A stretch of DNA of 29,759 bases from an uncultured Lachnospiraceae bacterium (GTDB lineage: Bacteria > Bacillota > Clostridia > Lachnospirales > Lachnospiraceae), in assembly GCA_902793045.1 (NCBI GenBank), contig CADBBS010000003.1, positions 1 to 29,759 of the forward strand. The letters are read 5' to 3'. The notes beneath the pieces are model-generated. The model saw only the letters and a program-made list of their open reading frames with translations. It was not told where the DNA came from and did no database searches. Shown one piece after another: positions 7,758 to 18,059 of this stretch (position 1 is the stretch's first letter; each line of letters opens with the position of its first letter). Position numbers and translations under genes: made by a program.

Positions 7758-8639
7758 TTAGCCTACAAGTACAATCTCATCAGGGAAAGCAACCTGTACA
7801 CCTGCATTGAAGTTGATGGCAAGACGGAACTCTTGGTTATCCTTAGAATACCAGAGGTCAAACTTCTCGTCATCGCCCTCCATATCAACACCGTAGAAGA
7901 TGTTTTCGGGGTCAGCTGCAACCATTTTAGCAGTACCATTCAGACCGGAAACACCATAAACCTTAGTGGAAGTACCCGGAAGGATAATCTCCATCTCAGC
8001 GTCCACTTTCGGGTCGTAGTGATAAAGGTTCTTCTCGGTCAGCTCCAGTACCAAGTCACGGAACTCATCTACACCCATGAAGATAGCTGCTTTGTCTAGC
8101 TTAGCTGCCGGAACAGCTTTGTAAGCTGCAAGAGCTTTGTCATAAGTAGTAGCAGAAGCCGAAACAGTCGGTTTAATTACAGAAGCCTCACCTGCTAAGA
8201 TAGTCAGAATACCATCCATACGGTCAGTAGCTTTTACACCCTGCCAAATGTTACGCTCCATTTTGTTCTTGATGTCCTCAATAACACCATCAACGAACTC
8301 TTCCTCAAACGGAAGACTCTTCTGACCAGCTGCTACGCGAACTTCATAACCGTTCCAATACTTCAACATTGCACGGTCACAGAACGACATATTTACCTTA
8401 TAATTTCCAACTTCAAGTACGCGCTGTGAGAAAGCGGAAGTACCTGCCTCATCCCAACCACAAGTAGCACCATCACCAAAAGCTACAGAGGTGTTCAGAA
8501 TGTTAAGAGCTGCACTATGCTTTACACCAGTTTGAAGGTTGAAATGCTTTACGGAAGGTGCAGCAAAAATAGTTTTACGAATAAGAGGAAGACGTTGCTC
8601 CTCTACATAGGCTGTCAAAGCCGATACATTAATTGCCAT
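7758..8639 (-). CDS. Major capsid protein
   Basis: 293 aa in the canonical position after protease and scaffold. The sequence pattern (AINVSALTAY..., FCDRAMLKYW, NIWQG) is consistent with small HK97-fold capsid proteins as I recall them. Confidence 0.7.
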   Translation of the reverse strand: MAINVSALTAYVEEQRLPLIRKTIFAAPSVKHFNLQTGVKHSAALNILNTSVAFGDGATCGWDEAGTSAFSQRVLEVGNYKVNMSFCDRAMLKYWNGYEVRVAAGQKSLPFEEEFVDGVIEDIKNKMERNIWQGVKATDRMDGILTILAGEASVIKPTVSASATTYDKALAAYKAVPAAKLDKAAIFMGVDEFRDLVLELTEKNLYHYDPKVDAEMEIILPGTSTKVYGVSGLNGTAKMVAADPENIFYGVDMEGDDEKFDLWYSKDNQEFRLAINFNAGVQVAFPDEIVLVG

Positions 8640-8669
8640 AGTTAAATTAGGTTTTTAAGGTTAAATTAG

Positions 8670-9209
8670 TTAAAAATACTTCAATGCGCCAACTTTCTGC
8701 TCACTCTTAACTTTATCCTTAGCGGGCTCATCGGCTGACATTTCTAGTTCTTCTTGCTTTTGTGCTAGTTCTGCTTCTAATTCTGCAATTCTAGCGTCTC
8801 TTTCAGCTATGATTGCTTCAAGTTCATTTAGTTTGTCTTCTAGTTCTGCAATCTTAGCGTCTTTTTCATCAGGTTCAGGTTCAGATTCTTCCTTTGCTTC
8901 CTCAGCAGGTTGTTCCTCTTCCTCTTCCTTAATTTCTTCGGGTTGCTCTTCTGCCTTCGGGGTCTCTTCAGCAGGCTCATCCTCTCCGCTCTTTTTGCGA
9001 AGCTCGGAAATCTTACCCTCTGCTACAACAATTAGCATATCTTCATAGATATACTCACCGTCAGCAGCAGGAGCAAAACCCTCTTCCGATTCTACAAATA
9101 CTTCAACGCCCTCTGCAAGCTCTCCCTCGATAATGAGAGTGCCTTTGTCTGTGCTAATCTCAGCTAATTGAAGTAATTGTTTTCTTAACTGTAACAAATT
9201 CAAGTTCAT
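8670..9209 (-). CDS. Scaffolding protein
   Basis: 179 aa, highly acidic, with a coiled-coil C-terminal half (IAELEDKLNELEAIIAERDARIAELEAELAQKQEELE). It lies between the protease and capsid genes. Confidence 0.65.
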   Translation of the reverse strand: MNLNLLQLRKQLLQLAEISTDKGTLIIEGELAEGVEVFVESEEGFAPAADGEYIYEDMLIVVAEGKISELRKKSGEDEPAEETPKAEEQPEEIKEEEEEQPAEEAKEESEPEPDEKDAKIAELEDKLNELEAIIAERDARIAELEAELAQKQEELEMSADEPAKDKVKSEQKVGALKYF

Positions 9210-9242
9210 AGTTGTTTAGGTTTATTTTGCATTGATTTAGGT

Positions 9243-9839
9243 TCAAAGATATTGTTCAATCCATTCATCAAAGGTCATCGGTTTATCTTGTTTTTCAAAT
9301 CTCTCAGGGGAAACATCGAATAGACCTTGAAGACTGAAACCATTAAGCTTGTCACCATTAACTATTTCATCCCATAACTCTTGATTCTCTACTTTATAAG
9401 AACAAATCCAAGAGCCATCAGGTACATCAGCAAACTCTTTTGGAGATATGCCTCTTTCTTTGTTTGTGATATAAGATTCAATCATATAAATCCCATCTAC
9501 AAACTTTTCGTCATCATGTTGTAGGTTTACTGAGTTAAACAATCCTTTCTTTGCATATTTTTCAACCATCTTCGCTATTGTCTCTTTAGTAAATACCACA
9601 AAGTATTCACCATATCTTTCCGAATAACGGTAAATTGGAGTTTCAGCTAAGCAAACAACACCTGTAATAATGTGTTTAGCTCCATCAAACTCTAATCTTA
9701 CTGGCTTCTTCTCTTCATTAAAGCAAAGGAAGTTTCTTTGGACTGCCGGAACGTCCACTAAACTAATAGCGTCCATTCCGGTTTCATCCATTTCGTTAAT
9801 GTGTATGAAGTAAACCTTTAATTCATCTGTTAGTTTCAT
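9243..9839 (-). CDS. Prohead protease, XkdF-like (Peptidase_S78_2)
   Basis: 198 aa. The blocks ...ISLVDVPAVQ..., ITGVV...PIYR, VNLQHDD, ESYI, DGSWICSYKVENQELWDEIVNGDKLNGFSLQG match the XkdF-type phage protease family as I recall it. Confidence 0.7.
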   Translation of the reverse strand: MKLTDELKVYFIHINEMDETGMDAISLVDVPAVQRNFLCFNEEKKPVRLEFDGAKHIITGVVCLAETPIYRYSERYGEYFVVFTKETIAKMVEKYAKKGLFNSVNLQHDDEKFVDGIYMIESYITNKERGISPKEFADVPDGSWICSYKVENQELWDEIVNGDKLNGFSLQGLFDVSPERFEKQDKPMTFDEWIEQYL

Positions 9840-9911
9840 AGTACTTAAAGTTTTTTAGTGTTTAAGTGTCTCTAAAAACTATATAGATAGTCTCAAAGAT
9901 TCGTTAATTTT

Positions 9912-11756
9912 TTAAAATCTCGCTTCATTTTCTGTTACTGATACTTTTCGCTGTGTTCTAGAAATATCCGATTCGACAACAAATACGCGAGAATCTTTTA
10001 TAGCTCCTTCAATACTTGCACCTCTTACATCTTGAGTGTATTGAACAGGTGCAATTAGAGTAGCTAAAGAAGTTGAAGATAGTGCTTGAGATTTAGCATT
10101 GTCTTTAGTAGTATTCAACATCTTAGAAATAGTAGCAGCACCAGAAGTAGCTATTGCAACAGCTTGTACAGCAGCCAAAGCAATATCCCAAGGTCCAGAT
10201 TTAGTAGTAAAGGCACCAGAAATAGCAGCTGTGATACCGGCTAACATATTGATTGTAGCTCCCATAACTTGAAAAGCTTTTTGTTCTTCCGAGCCTTCTT
10301 CACATAATTCGCCTATATTAGAAAATATGTCACCTACTGCATAACCGAGAGTAGAGTAACGCTGCATCTCACGACTTATACTTTCTTTATTCAGCTTATC
10401 ACTTAGTTCATAAAACTCTTCTAGGGCAATAAGCTTTTTATCTAATGCTTCTTTTAGTGCAGTTTGTTCTCTGTCATACTGTTCCTCCGGTGTTTCTAGA
10501 GCTTGACGCAAATTTTCAACGAAACTTTTTAGCTGTTCATTATGAGCAATAATTTCTTTCGCTTTATTTAGTATTCGTTGTAACCCTGCATCTTCTTCCT
10601 CCTCTTCCTCTACAAATTCTACGGACACTGGAATCTTTACATCAAGACCTTTCTCTACTAATTCATCCTGTAAAGACTTTCCTTGTTCTGCTGCAATTTT
10701 ATTAGAATCCTCCAACAATTGAATCTCTACTTCTCGCCAAAACTCTTTTATTTTTTCTGCAGCCTCATCTACATACTCATCTACATACAGGCTTTCATCG
10801 TCTAGTATTTTCTGTATAGCTTTTTCATTCTCGGCTATCATATTTTTGTAGGATGTCTCATAGGCTTGTAGAACATGTTCTTGGAGTGTGATTTGCCTTT
10901 TTTCCTCTTCATCCGGCAGCCATGGTAGTATTGTATGAGTACTCCATGACTTCTTAGCCTGCTTATATAACTCCTCTATGCCTGCCTTTTGAGAATTTAT
11001 AACTTTTTCCTGTTCTAAGGCTAGTTTTTCATTTTCTTTTCTAAGTTCATCTACTGCTTTTTTTGCACTATCTTTAAGCTTTTCATATTTCTCAGCATTA
11101 ACCAAGTCTAGTAGCTTCTTGTCCGCTTTGGTCGCTTCTTCTTTCAGATCTTTAATACTCTTATGCTGACCTGATAAGATTTCTGCTGTTCGTGCCCCTA
11201 CAATGTTCCACTCTCTCATTTTATCTACCAGCTTATCCCAGTTAGCTACTAATAAGCCTAAAGCAACAACCACTGCTCCTAAACCTGTAGATACAAGTGC
11301 CTTTGCAAACTTAGAAGTAGCACCTGTAGCAGCTTGTATAGCAATAGTTAATCTCTTAAATGCTTTTACACCTTCATCTAGTGCAGGTAAAGCTTGAGTG
11401 ATAGCCATGAGAGATTGCATTCTTTGGAGAGACTTAATTACAGTTTCATTCTCTATTCCAAATAAATTCATCACAGCCTTAGCAGATTGAAATCCTGCCG
11501 TCATACTACCAACAGTCTTAATCACGTTACTTGTAATCTGACCAAAGTCCATAGCAGAGGCGTTAATTTCCTCCATCTGCTCTTTTAAGTCGTGTTGAAT
11601 TTCCGCTGCTCTTTGGAGGGCTTTATTATACTCATCTGTACCTTGTTCGGCATTCAGAAGAGTGTTACGCAATTCTTTTAATTCCTTACGTAAATCATTA
11701 ACTGACTTTTGTGCTTCGCCAGTGTCAATCTTCCAAACAGTTACTTTATCGTTCAT
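9912..11756 (-). CDS. Tape-measure-like protein
   Basis: 614 aa. It has long coiled-coil segments plus Gly/Ala-rich hydrophobic stretches (STGLGAVVVALGLLVANW and GATINMLAGITAAISGAFTT...AVQAVAIATSGAATISKM) typical of tape-measure proteins. An internal/ejection protein is an alternative. Confidence 0.55.
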   Translation of the reverse strand: MNDKVTVWKIDTGEAQKSVNDLRKELKELRNTLLNAEQGTDEYNKALQRAAEIQHDLKEQMEEINASAMDFGQITSNVIKTVGSMTAGFQSAKAVMNLFGIENETVIKSLQRMQSLMAITQALPALDEGVKAFKRLTIAIQAATGATSKFAKALVSTGLGAVVVALGLLVANWDKLVDKMREWNIVGARTAEILSGQHKSIKDLKEEATKADKKLLDLVNAEKYEKLKDSAKKAVDELRKENEKLALEQEKVINSQKAGIEELYKQAKKSWSTHTILPWLPDEEEKRQITLQEHVLQAYETSYKNMIAENEKAIQKILDDESLYVDEYVDEAAEKIKEFWREVEIQLLEDSNKIAAEQGKSLQDELVEKGLDVKIPVSVEFVEEEEEEDAGLQRILNKAKEIIAHNEQLKSFVENLRQALETPEEQYDREQTALKEALDKKLIALEEFYELSDKLNKESISREMQRYSTLGYAVGDIFSNIGELCEEGSEEQKAFQVMGATINMLAGITAAISGAFTTKSGPWDIALAAVQAVAIATSGAATISKMLNTTKDNAKSQALSSTSLATLIAPVQYTQDVRGASIEGAIKDSRVFVVESDISRTQRKVSVTENEARF

Positions 11757-11777
11757 AATTTATTCCTTGTTTTAGTG

Positions 11778-14700
11778 TTACCTTGATACTGGATAATCAC
11801 GTGTTTCATGCCATCCTTCCTTATCTACTATAGTTATTCTGACATACGAACCACTATAGCTAATCAGATTAGTAGTATTGAAATCTACTATGTACTCTGT
11901 TCTGAACCATTCATCATCACCTTCTTGAATCATTACTTGTTGTTCTTCCCAAGTACTAGCGTCTATAGTAGCTGAACCTGTACCACTAACCTCTATTGTA
12001 ACTGTAGGCTTATTCTCCAGTCCATCTGTTTCAGTTCCATACCAAGCTAGTTTATAAGTATTTGAGCCGGCAGAAATAGTGCTTTGTTCCATTAAGCTAT
12101 CACTCTTATATAACTTAATTTCGGGGTAAGGATAAGTAGAATATCTAACTACGTGGAATGTAACTGTATTACCAGTCTCATTCTTTAAAGTTATATCCAC
12201 ATCTAGGTCTTCTTTATCTACATACTTGGAAACAGTCTCATAATGTACAGTATCATTATTAACTATAGTAAATTTAACACCACCGACTGTATAAGTAGTA
12301 GTACCATTACTAAAGGTGACTTGACTTAAACTACTAACGTGACCTAAATTACCACTTGCACCTGTATTACCAGCAACATAAACGTTACCAGTCCAATCTA
12401 TTTCAATCGTATCTAGATTAGTTAAGAAATCATTAGTCGTATATCCCTTTATATCTTGTATAGTAATTAAATCAACTTTTGTAGGCTCTGAACTTGTAAC
12501 ATCATAGTCATAAATCTTATTTACTATACATAACTGATTACCAATTTTTACAAACTGATTCCATTGATGTTGGATATAATCAATAGGTTTTAACATAACA
12601 TAGCAAGTAATTTCTTTGTTCTGTACGTTATATCTTTCATTTAGATAATTCTTCCAAAAGTTACTATAAATGGTTCCTTTATCTGCATAATTATTTCTGT
12701 AGGTGTAGTTCTCTTTTGGCGTATTAAACACACAAAGATTATCTCCCTTTACAATATCGAGATAAGGATATGATTCGGCAGTTAATAATTCACCAGCATT
12801 TTGTGTATAGAAGTAAGTATTATTCGCCTGTTGTAAACTAGTATCATCACTTATTATTACAGGACGCATTCTTAGTGCTTCTTCTGTGTTGAAACTAGAT
12901 AAACCATTATGAAAATAGTACGCGCCAAATATATCTACTTGTTTGTTATCCTCGTCTTTGTTATATACACTTATCTCATTAGGAAAGCTATAAATTATTT
13001 GGTGATTATCGTATATATTAGTCCAAGACAACACATTATCAGTATTAGTAATTGAAGGTGTAACATTATCAAATAATTCTTCAGTAGAGCTATTAAAATT
13101 ATAGTCAGTTACTAATCTATACTCACCATAATTTACACTATATTTCTCTTTATACTTCTCACCTAAATTGCTTTCTGAGTCATTATAGTTGAATAGTACA
13201 TATTTATTATCAAAGGTAATAGGTCTAATAGTGTAATCCTTGGATTTATCTATTTTATTAGTCCAGTCTTTTACAGTATAATCAGAAAAATATGTGCTGT
13301 AGTGTTTGAAAACAATCTTCTTATTATATTCATCTACGCTAATACCAATTCTGAATATCTTGCAGTACTTTATTATCTCATCGAATAAATTGTAATCTTT
13401 ATTCCATAAGTCATTAAGAGTAAAATGACTGTTACTTCTAAAGCGATTTTTTATAACCATGCAAGAGACAGGTTTATTTATAGGTGCATTATAAAGATGT
13501 AAGCCCACCCATCCGTAGTACGTTGTTGGTGTAGGAGTAAAAGGTCTGTTATTATTATCCAAAAATGGTGCATTAGTATTCAACCAAACTGCTTTTAATT
13601 TCAGTCTAACTTTATCTTTATTATATTTACCTTTATCTAAAATTAAATTTAACTTTGGATAAGCAATAAATGAACCTGCGCCCTGTCTATCAAATCTCAA
13701 TACTTCGCTATAACCCTCTGTACTACCTGCATAAGCATTATCAACCATTAAGAACTTGACTTCATCGAGTTCATTTTCATTTTCATCTACAACTACAAAA
13801 CTATATTGTAAACCATTTGCAGGATTTATACGTAGATTAGTGTACCTACTTATATTAAAATCAATCGTATAAATCGTATTGAATATAACTGTATAATCAT
13901 TTGACAATACAATCATATTATTATCGTCAATAATCTGAATTGCCTCTGTTCTATCATTAAGATTTATATTGGTTGATTTAGGTTGTACGTATTCACTTAT
14001 GTCACCACCCCAAGACAAACCAAATGAAGCAAACATATAATAATTTGTTACAGTCTCTTCATTCTTAGAATTAAACGGTTTTAACATATAAACTAAATCA
14101 TGCCAATAAGGGTTTTTATTGTTAAACCAAGAAGGGTCAAGTTCAAACTTATAACCAGTTAGCTCTTCTGCCTTGTATTGACCTACTTGAAACAACTTAT
14201 TCCAGTAGATGTAAGGTAACTGTAAATAACTACGATATTCACCTATCTCTCTAGGTAACATACCATCAGGAATTGTAGTATCAGGGTCAATACCTGTTGC
14301 TTCCGTAAAAGAATCACCTAAGGCTTCTGTAAATCGTTTTGAAGTATCTTGTGTATCTTGGAAAGTTTTATAATCAAATCCATCAGAGAATGAGTTATTA
14401 GGAGCAAAACCAATAATGTCAGTTACCTTATATGCTGGATGATGTATAGGTGTACTAGTTCCGGGTGGTGTGTACCATTTTGGAAATAACTTGGTTTGCG
14501 ATTGACCTGTACTAGTCCAAGATTTTTCAATCAGTTCCTTGTTTATAGATTCATCTACATAATCTTCACCATGTATCAAGTAATCTGTATCACTAGTACT
14601 GGTATCAAAGGTAATCTTCTTTAACTCTTGTATAACTTTACCAAGCTGACCAAATAAAGTAATCTCATAAGTTCCTTTACCGCTATTCTGATTTATCTCA

Positions 14701-15008
14701 TCCATCCTAGCATATCCGGTCATCAATACATCATCATTCCACTGCAATCTCATATCCAGTTTCTTGTAAGGGTCAAAGTAAAGACCTGTTAAATTACTTG
14801 AACTGGGTGGAACTGCTATTAGTCTATCGGGGTTGTAGATGTGACCAAATATCTCGTGATTTTTTTGAGTGAAAGGAATAGAAACCGTCTTACTCCAATC
14901 ATTGATAATAGTTGTAGGGTTAGATAAGTCTTCAAATTGTTTAGAAATTGCGACTTGAACATCATCATTAAGCTCTACCTCTTTATCTTCGATTACCAGC
15001 CTAATCAT
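11778..15008 (-). CDS. Large tail / baseplate protein, probable host-recognition component
   Basis: 1076 aa, the largest ORF. It is Asn/Tyr/Thr-rich and beta-like, lies in the tail block and has a GGAGGAAG SD. No enzymatic motif was recognised. Confidence 0.5.
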   Translation of the reverse strand: MIRLVIEDKEVELNDDVQVAISKQFEDLSNPTTIINDWSKTVSIPFTQKNHEIFGHIYNPDRLIAVPPSSSNLTGLYFDPYKKLDMRLQWNDDVLMTGYARMDEINQNSGKGTYEITLFGQLGKVIQELKKITFDTSTSDTDYLIHGEDYVDESINKELIEKSWTSTGQSQTKLFPKWYTPPGTSTPIHHPAYKVTDIIGFAPNNSFSDGFDYKTFQDTQDTSKRFTEALGDSFTEATGIDPDTTIPDGMLPREIGEYRSYLQLPYIYWNKLFQVGQYKAEELTGYKFELDPSWFNNKNPYWHDLVYMLKPFNSKNEETVTNYYMFASFGLSWGGDISEYVQPKSTNINLNDRTEAIQIIDDNNMIVLSNDYTVIFNTIYTIDFNISRYTNLRINPANGLQYSFVVVDENENELDEVKFLMVDNAYAGSTEGYSEVLRFDRQGAGSFIAYPKLNLILDKGKYNKDKVRLKLKAVWLNTNAPFLDNNNRPFTPTPTTYYGWVGLHLYNAPINKPVSCMVIKNRFRSNSHFTLNDLWNKDYNLFDEIIKYCKIFRIGISVDEYNKKIVFKHYSTYFSDYTVKDWTNKIDKSKDYTIRPITFDNKYVLFNYNDSESNLGEKYKEKYSVNYGEYRLVTDYNFNSSTEELFDNVTPSITNTDNVLSWTNIYDNHQIIYSFPNEISVYNKDEDNKQVDIFGAYYFHNGLSSFNTEEALRMRPVIISDDTSLQQANNTYFYTQNAGELLTAESYPYLDIVKGDNLCVFNTPKENYTYRNNYADKGTIYSNFWKNYLNERYNVQNKEITCYVMLKPIDYIQHQWNQFVKIGNQLCIVNKIYDYDVTSSEPTKVDLITIQDIKGYTTNDFLTNLDTIEIDWTGNVYVAGNTGASGNLGHVSSLSQVTFSNGTTTYTVGGVKFTIVNNDTVHYETVSKYVDKEDLDVDITLKNETGNTVTFHVVRYSTYPYPEIKLYKSDSLMEQSTISAGSNTYKLAWYGTETDGLENKPTVTIEVSGTGSATIDASTWEEQQVMIQEGDDEWFRTEYIVDFNTTNLISYSGSYVRITIVDKEGWHETRDYPVSR

Positions 15009-15628
15009 ACTGCTTCCTCCTTTCTTTTATTTCGATTTTTAGCAGCCTCTGAAAGTTTCTTCCTCGTTTCATCAGACCACTTCTTTCCTTTATTCCAAGG
15101 TATTGAACCTTTTTTCGCTTCACTAATATGTTGGTTTACTATCTCTCTTGGTACAGGCTCTTTCTTGATTTTCTTAACTCCACCTTTCCAATTAGGATTA
15201 GCACTACTACTCATATCTCTAGGTTCTCTTAGTTTCCAAGAATCTCTCATTTTCTGTTTGGTTTCATCAGACCTTTTAGCACCCTTTCTTGACTTAGACA
15301 TTTTTTGTCGTGTTTCCTCAGTATGATGGAAACCAAGTGTTCCTTCACCGCCACCTGTCAGATTATATCCGAACTCATGCTGACTTGACTTATACTTTCT
15401 AATGTACAACTTCTCTAGAAAATTTAGAGAATCATCATTATCTGTTTGAGCTATGATTTCAAAAGTAAAGTTATCGTAACCATATTTATTCAGAGCTTTG
15501 TGAAAGTACGTATCACAAGAAGTACTTTTGCTTTTATGCTCAACTTGTCTTGCTTTGATACGGTAAGTTTTTCCTATATAGACTTTACCGTTAATTGTAT
15601 TCGTGTACTTGTAAATATAGCCTACCAT
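15005..15628 (-). CDS. GIY-YIG homing endonuclease with NUMOD3 repeats
   Basis: GYIYKYTNTINGKVYIGKT is the GIY-YIG motif, together with ...YGYDNFTFEII and GYNLTGGGEG. NUMOD3-type repeats follow (HTEETRQKMSKSRKG, SDETKQKMRDS, SDETRKKLSEAAK). Its stop overlaps the start of the 1076-aa gene by 4 nt. Confidence 0.9.
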   Translation of the reverse strand: MVGYIYKYTNTINGKVYIGKTYRIKARQVEHKSKSTSCDTYFHKALNKYGYDNFTFEIIAQTDNDDSLNFLEKLYIRKYKSSQHEFGYNLTGGGEGTLGFHHTEETRQKMSKSRKGAKRSDETKQKMRDSWKLREPRDMSSSANPNWKGGVKKIKKEPVPREIVNQHISEAKKGSIPWNKGKKWSDETRKKLSEAAKNRNKRKEEAV

Positions 15629-15643
15629 AGTTTACTCCTTTCT

Positions 15644-16852
15644 TTAATATAATATGTTCTGTGTGTTAGTCTGTTCAAGGTCAAGAGTAATGTTAATCAA
15701 TTTTTTCTGATTATGATAATTTTTCTCTACGTAATTACCATTGAATATAACATCATAAACTATGTTATACTTTGTATCTAGTAACTTCAATATAGGACTA
15801 ACATATAAGCTCTCATAATAAGGGTATAAACTCTCTTTTATCCAACCACTAGTAATTTTCCACTTAGGCTGAACAATTACACTAGCTCTACGTCTAATGT
15901 TCATGTAGTTCTGTACCTCATCTACCTTAATATCTTCACTATAATCCGCAAACTCTGAGAATGGCTGAGATTGGAATGAACCAAATCTATCCTGCCAAAA
16001 CAGATAATAACGACTATAACACCTCTCAAATGTAGCTACTCTTGCATATCTGAAGTTATTAGACTGTTCATATAAATTATTAACTATCCAAATATCTATA
16101 TCAGCTGTTGAAGATACTACGCTATCATACTGTCTAACTATATCTCCCATAGGTATCATTAAGGTAGAAGTATTATAATTAAAACCTAAATCTCCAAATT
16201 CATAGATATTGTAAGCACCTTCTACATCACCATCTTCACTATCTACTGCATGTAAATAAACGGATTGTACACTATCACCATTCTCTATAGTAAGACCGAA
16301 AGGATATTTAGAACCAGCCATATCTTGCTCGTCTTCGTATAAAGGGTATCTAGGAATTAGCGCACATTTAGAGTAAGGAGGTCTCGCACTTCTATTAAAT
16401 CCTTGTAATGTAGGGAAAGCATAATTTTTTGAATAACTAGAGATATTGAAAAATACACTATTCGGATTTAAGTAGTCTTGACCAGCTGCGTTAAAATTCG
16501 GGTATCTGTAAATGTGAGCTACTTGAACATCATCACTCTTAACCCATGCACTTCCTGTATTTATTTCTAACCAATATGTAGTAACCAAACGTACATTATT
16601 TGCTCCACTGTAAGTAGTATCAGTAGCAAAAACTTCTATATCATTTCTAACAATTTCTGCAATGTTAAAAATATGATAACGCTCTCTACCATCTGCATAG
16701 AAGTTTCCTACAAATACTACCCTACTGTAAGTGTCGTCTCTATCCTGTGCGTTTCTCTCCCTGACTCTATAAGTGTAAAGCCCCTTCGGAAGTGCAGTTC
16801 TGTCAGGGTAAGTTACTGAAAGGTTTATTTGATTATCATGTAAGTAATTCAT
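15644..16852 (-). CDS. Tail-associated structural protein (402 aa)
   Basis: The call rests on position between the gp10-like gene and the large tail protein, and on a 4-nt overlap with the upstream gene. No motif was recognised. Confidence 0.4.
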   Translation of the reverse strand: MNYLHDNQINLSVTYPDRTALPKGLYTYRVRERNAQDRDDTYSRVVFVGNFYADGRERYHIFNIAEIVRNDIEVFATDTTYSGANNVRLVTTYWLEINTGSAWVKSDDVQVAHIYRYPNFNAAGQDYLNPNSVFFNISSYSKNYAFPTLQGFNRSARPPYSKCALIPRYPLYEDEQDMAGSKYPFGLTIENGDSVQSVYLHAVDSEDGDVEGAYNIYEFGDLGFNYNTSTLMIPMGDIVRQYDSVVSSTADIDIWIVNNLYEQSNNFRYARVATFERCYSRYYLFWQDRFGSFQSQPFSEFADYSEDIKVDEVQNYMNIRRRASVIVQPKWKITSGWIKESLYPYYESLYVSPILKLLDTKYNIVYDVIFNGNYVEKNYHNQKKLINITLDLEQTNTQNILY

Positions 16853-17301
16853 ATTAAATCATTTTCGTTTAATTGTTCTTGTAACTGTGTGGCTAATTCT
16901 TCTATTAACCTGTCAACTAAGTCATCACTACTGTCAATCGTTTTTTGTAATATCTTAGTTGGCTTAGTTCCGTGAATAGATATACTCCTAGCCATCACAT
17001 ACGCTAATTGTCTAGTAGTAGGTACTAGACCGGATGCAGAGCTTGGGATAATCTTCTTTACCCTTATCCAATCCTCTAAAGCTGACACCGGAGGGAAATG
17101 AGGACGCGTACCATTCTCTAAATAAGCCCAATATTCCGGTAGTATAAAACTCACCTCTAAAATACTTCCGTTAATGGTACACTGATACTTAGTAGAACTC
17201 TGTAAGTTTCCACTAGCCTTATGACCGGAATCTTCTATCTCCTTCTTGTACCTCTCTAAAAGTTCCTTAGCTATATCTCTAACTTCTCTAGATATGTTCA
17301 T
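16849..17301 (-). CDS. HK97 gp10-like head-tail adaptor / tail-completion protein
   Basis: 150 aa. HKASGNLQSS...LEVSFILPEYWAYLENGTRPHFPP matches the TGxL...YA.yvE.GT signature of the gp10 family. Confidence 0.5.
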   Translation of the reverse strand: MNISREVRDIAKELLERYKKEIEDSGHKASGNLQSSTKYQCTINGSILEVSFILPEYWAYLENGTRPHFPPVSALEDWIRVKKIIPSSASGLVPTTRQLAYVMARSISIHGTKPTKILQKTIDSSDDLVDRLIEELATQLQEQLNENDLI

Positions 17302-17405
17302 CTTAATTCCCTTCTGTTTAATTGTTTCATTCGCTTCTCCTGCTCCCTAGTCTTAATAACTTCATACGATACTAAATAAAAGACCGTACTAATATCATAA
17401 TCCAT
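17298..17405 (-). CDS. Possible 35-aa ORF coupled to the gp10-like gene
   Basis: My own translation gives MDYDISTVFYLVSYEVIKTREQEKRMKQLNRRELR. Its TGA stop overlaps the next ATG (ATGA). It is below the track cutoff and has no SD. Confidence 0.25.
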   Translation of the reverse strand: MDYDISTVFYLVSYEVIKTREQEKRMKQLNRRELR

Positions 17406-17443
17406 AATACTAGAGAAAGTCTCATTAGTTATCTCTACAGCCT

Positions 17444-18055
17444 TTAAGATATAGGGTAAGACACCAAATCTACTGAATTCTGAATTAACTTGATTATTCG
17501 CATCTTCTCCTCTTTGCTCAGTGTCTTGCTCCTCTTCACTTTCTTGATGGAAGAGGACCGGAAAATTTCTATGAATCGTGCGAGCTGAGCTGTGAAAAAA
17601 GACGTAATAGAATTTGCAACAGGAATAGGTAAATCTTCCATATCCTTTATAACCTCAAATATATCATAACCGTCATTGTATTTGTGTCCTTCTGGTACTA
17701 CAAAAACTGACAACATCTTCGCAGTATCATTATCTTCCGCATATTTCATGAAGTCTATGTATTGCGCAGTAGATATATTTCCTAACAAAGAGGTAACATC
17801 ATATTTCTTCCCCTTTACCTCAATGTGCTTGGGAGGAACAGATGTAGGTATCTCTGACTTTAAAAATTCTAACCTCTTTATCTGCTCATTAAATTCTTGG
17901 AGCGGTAATTCGGTTACACTATCTCCTAACACTAACTCAGCCAAAGAGATAATTTTTTCTAGGTCATCTTCAATCTCTAAAACCGCCTTCAATTCTTTAA
18001 ACTGAGATAACGTAATATCATACCAGTTCAATTTCTTATCTTTATTCTTATTCAT
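17444..18055 (-). CDS. Hypothetical protein (203 aa) downstream of terL
   Basis: ORF track. It is acidic and helical, with no recognisable motif. Confidence 0.5.
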   Translation of the reverse strand: MNKNKDKKLNWYDITLSQFKELKAVLEIEDDLEKIISLAELVLGDSVTELPLQEFNEQIKRLEFLKSEIPTSVPPKHIEVKGKKYDVTSLLGNISTAQYIDFMKYAEDNDTAKMLSVFVVPEGHKYNDGYDIFEVIKDMEDLPIPVANSITSFFTAQLARFIEIFRSSSIKKVKRSKTLSKEEKMRIIKLIQNSVDLVSYPIS

Positions 18056-18059
18056 AACA

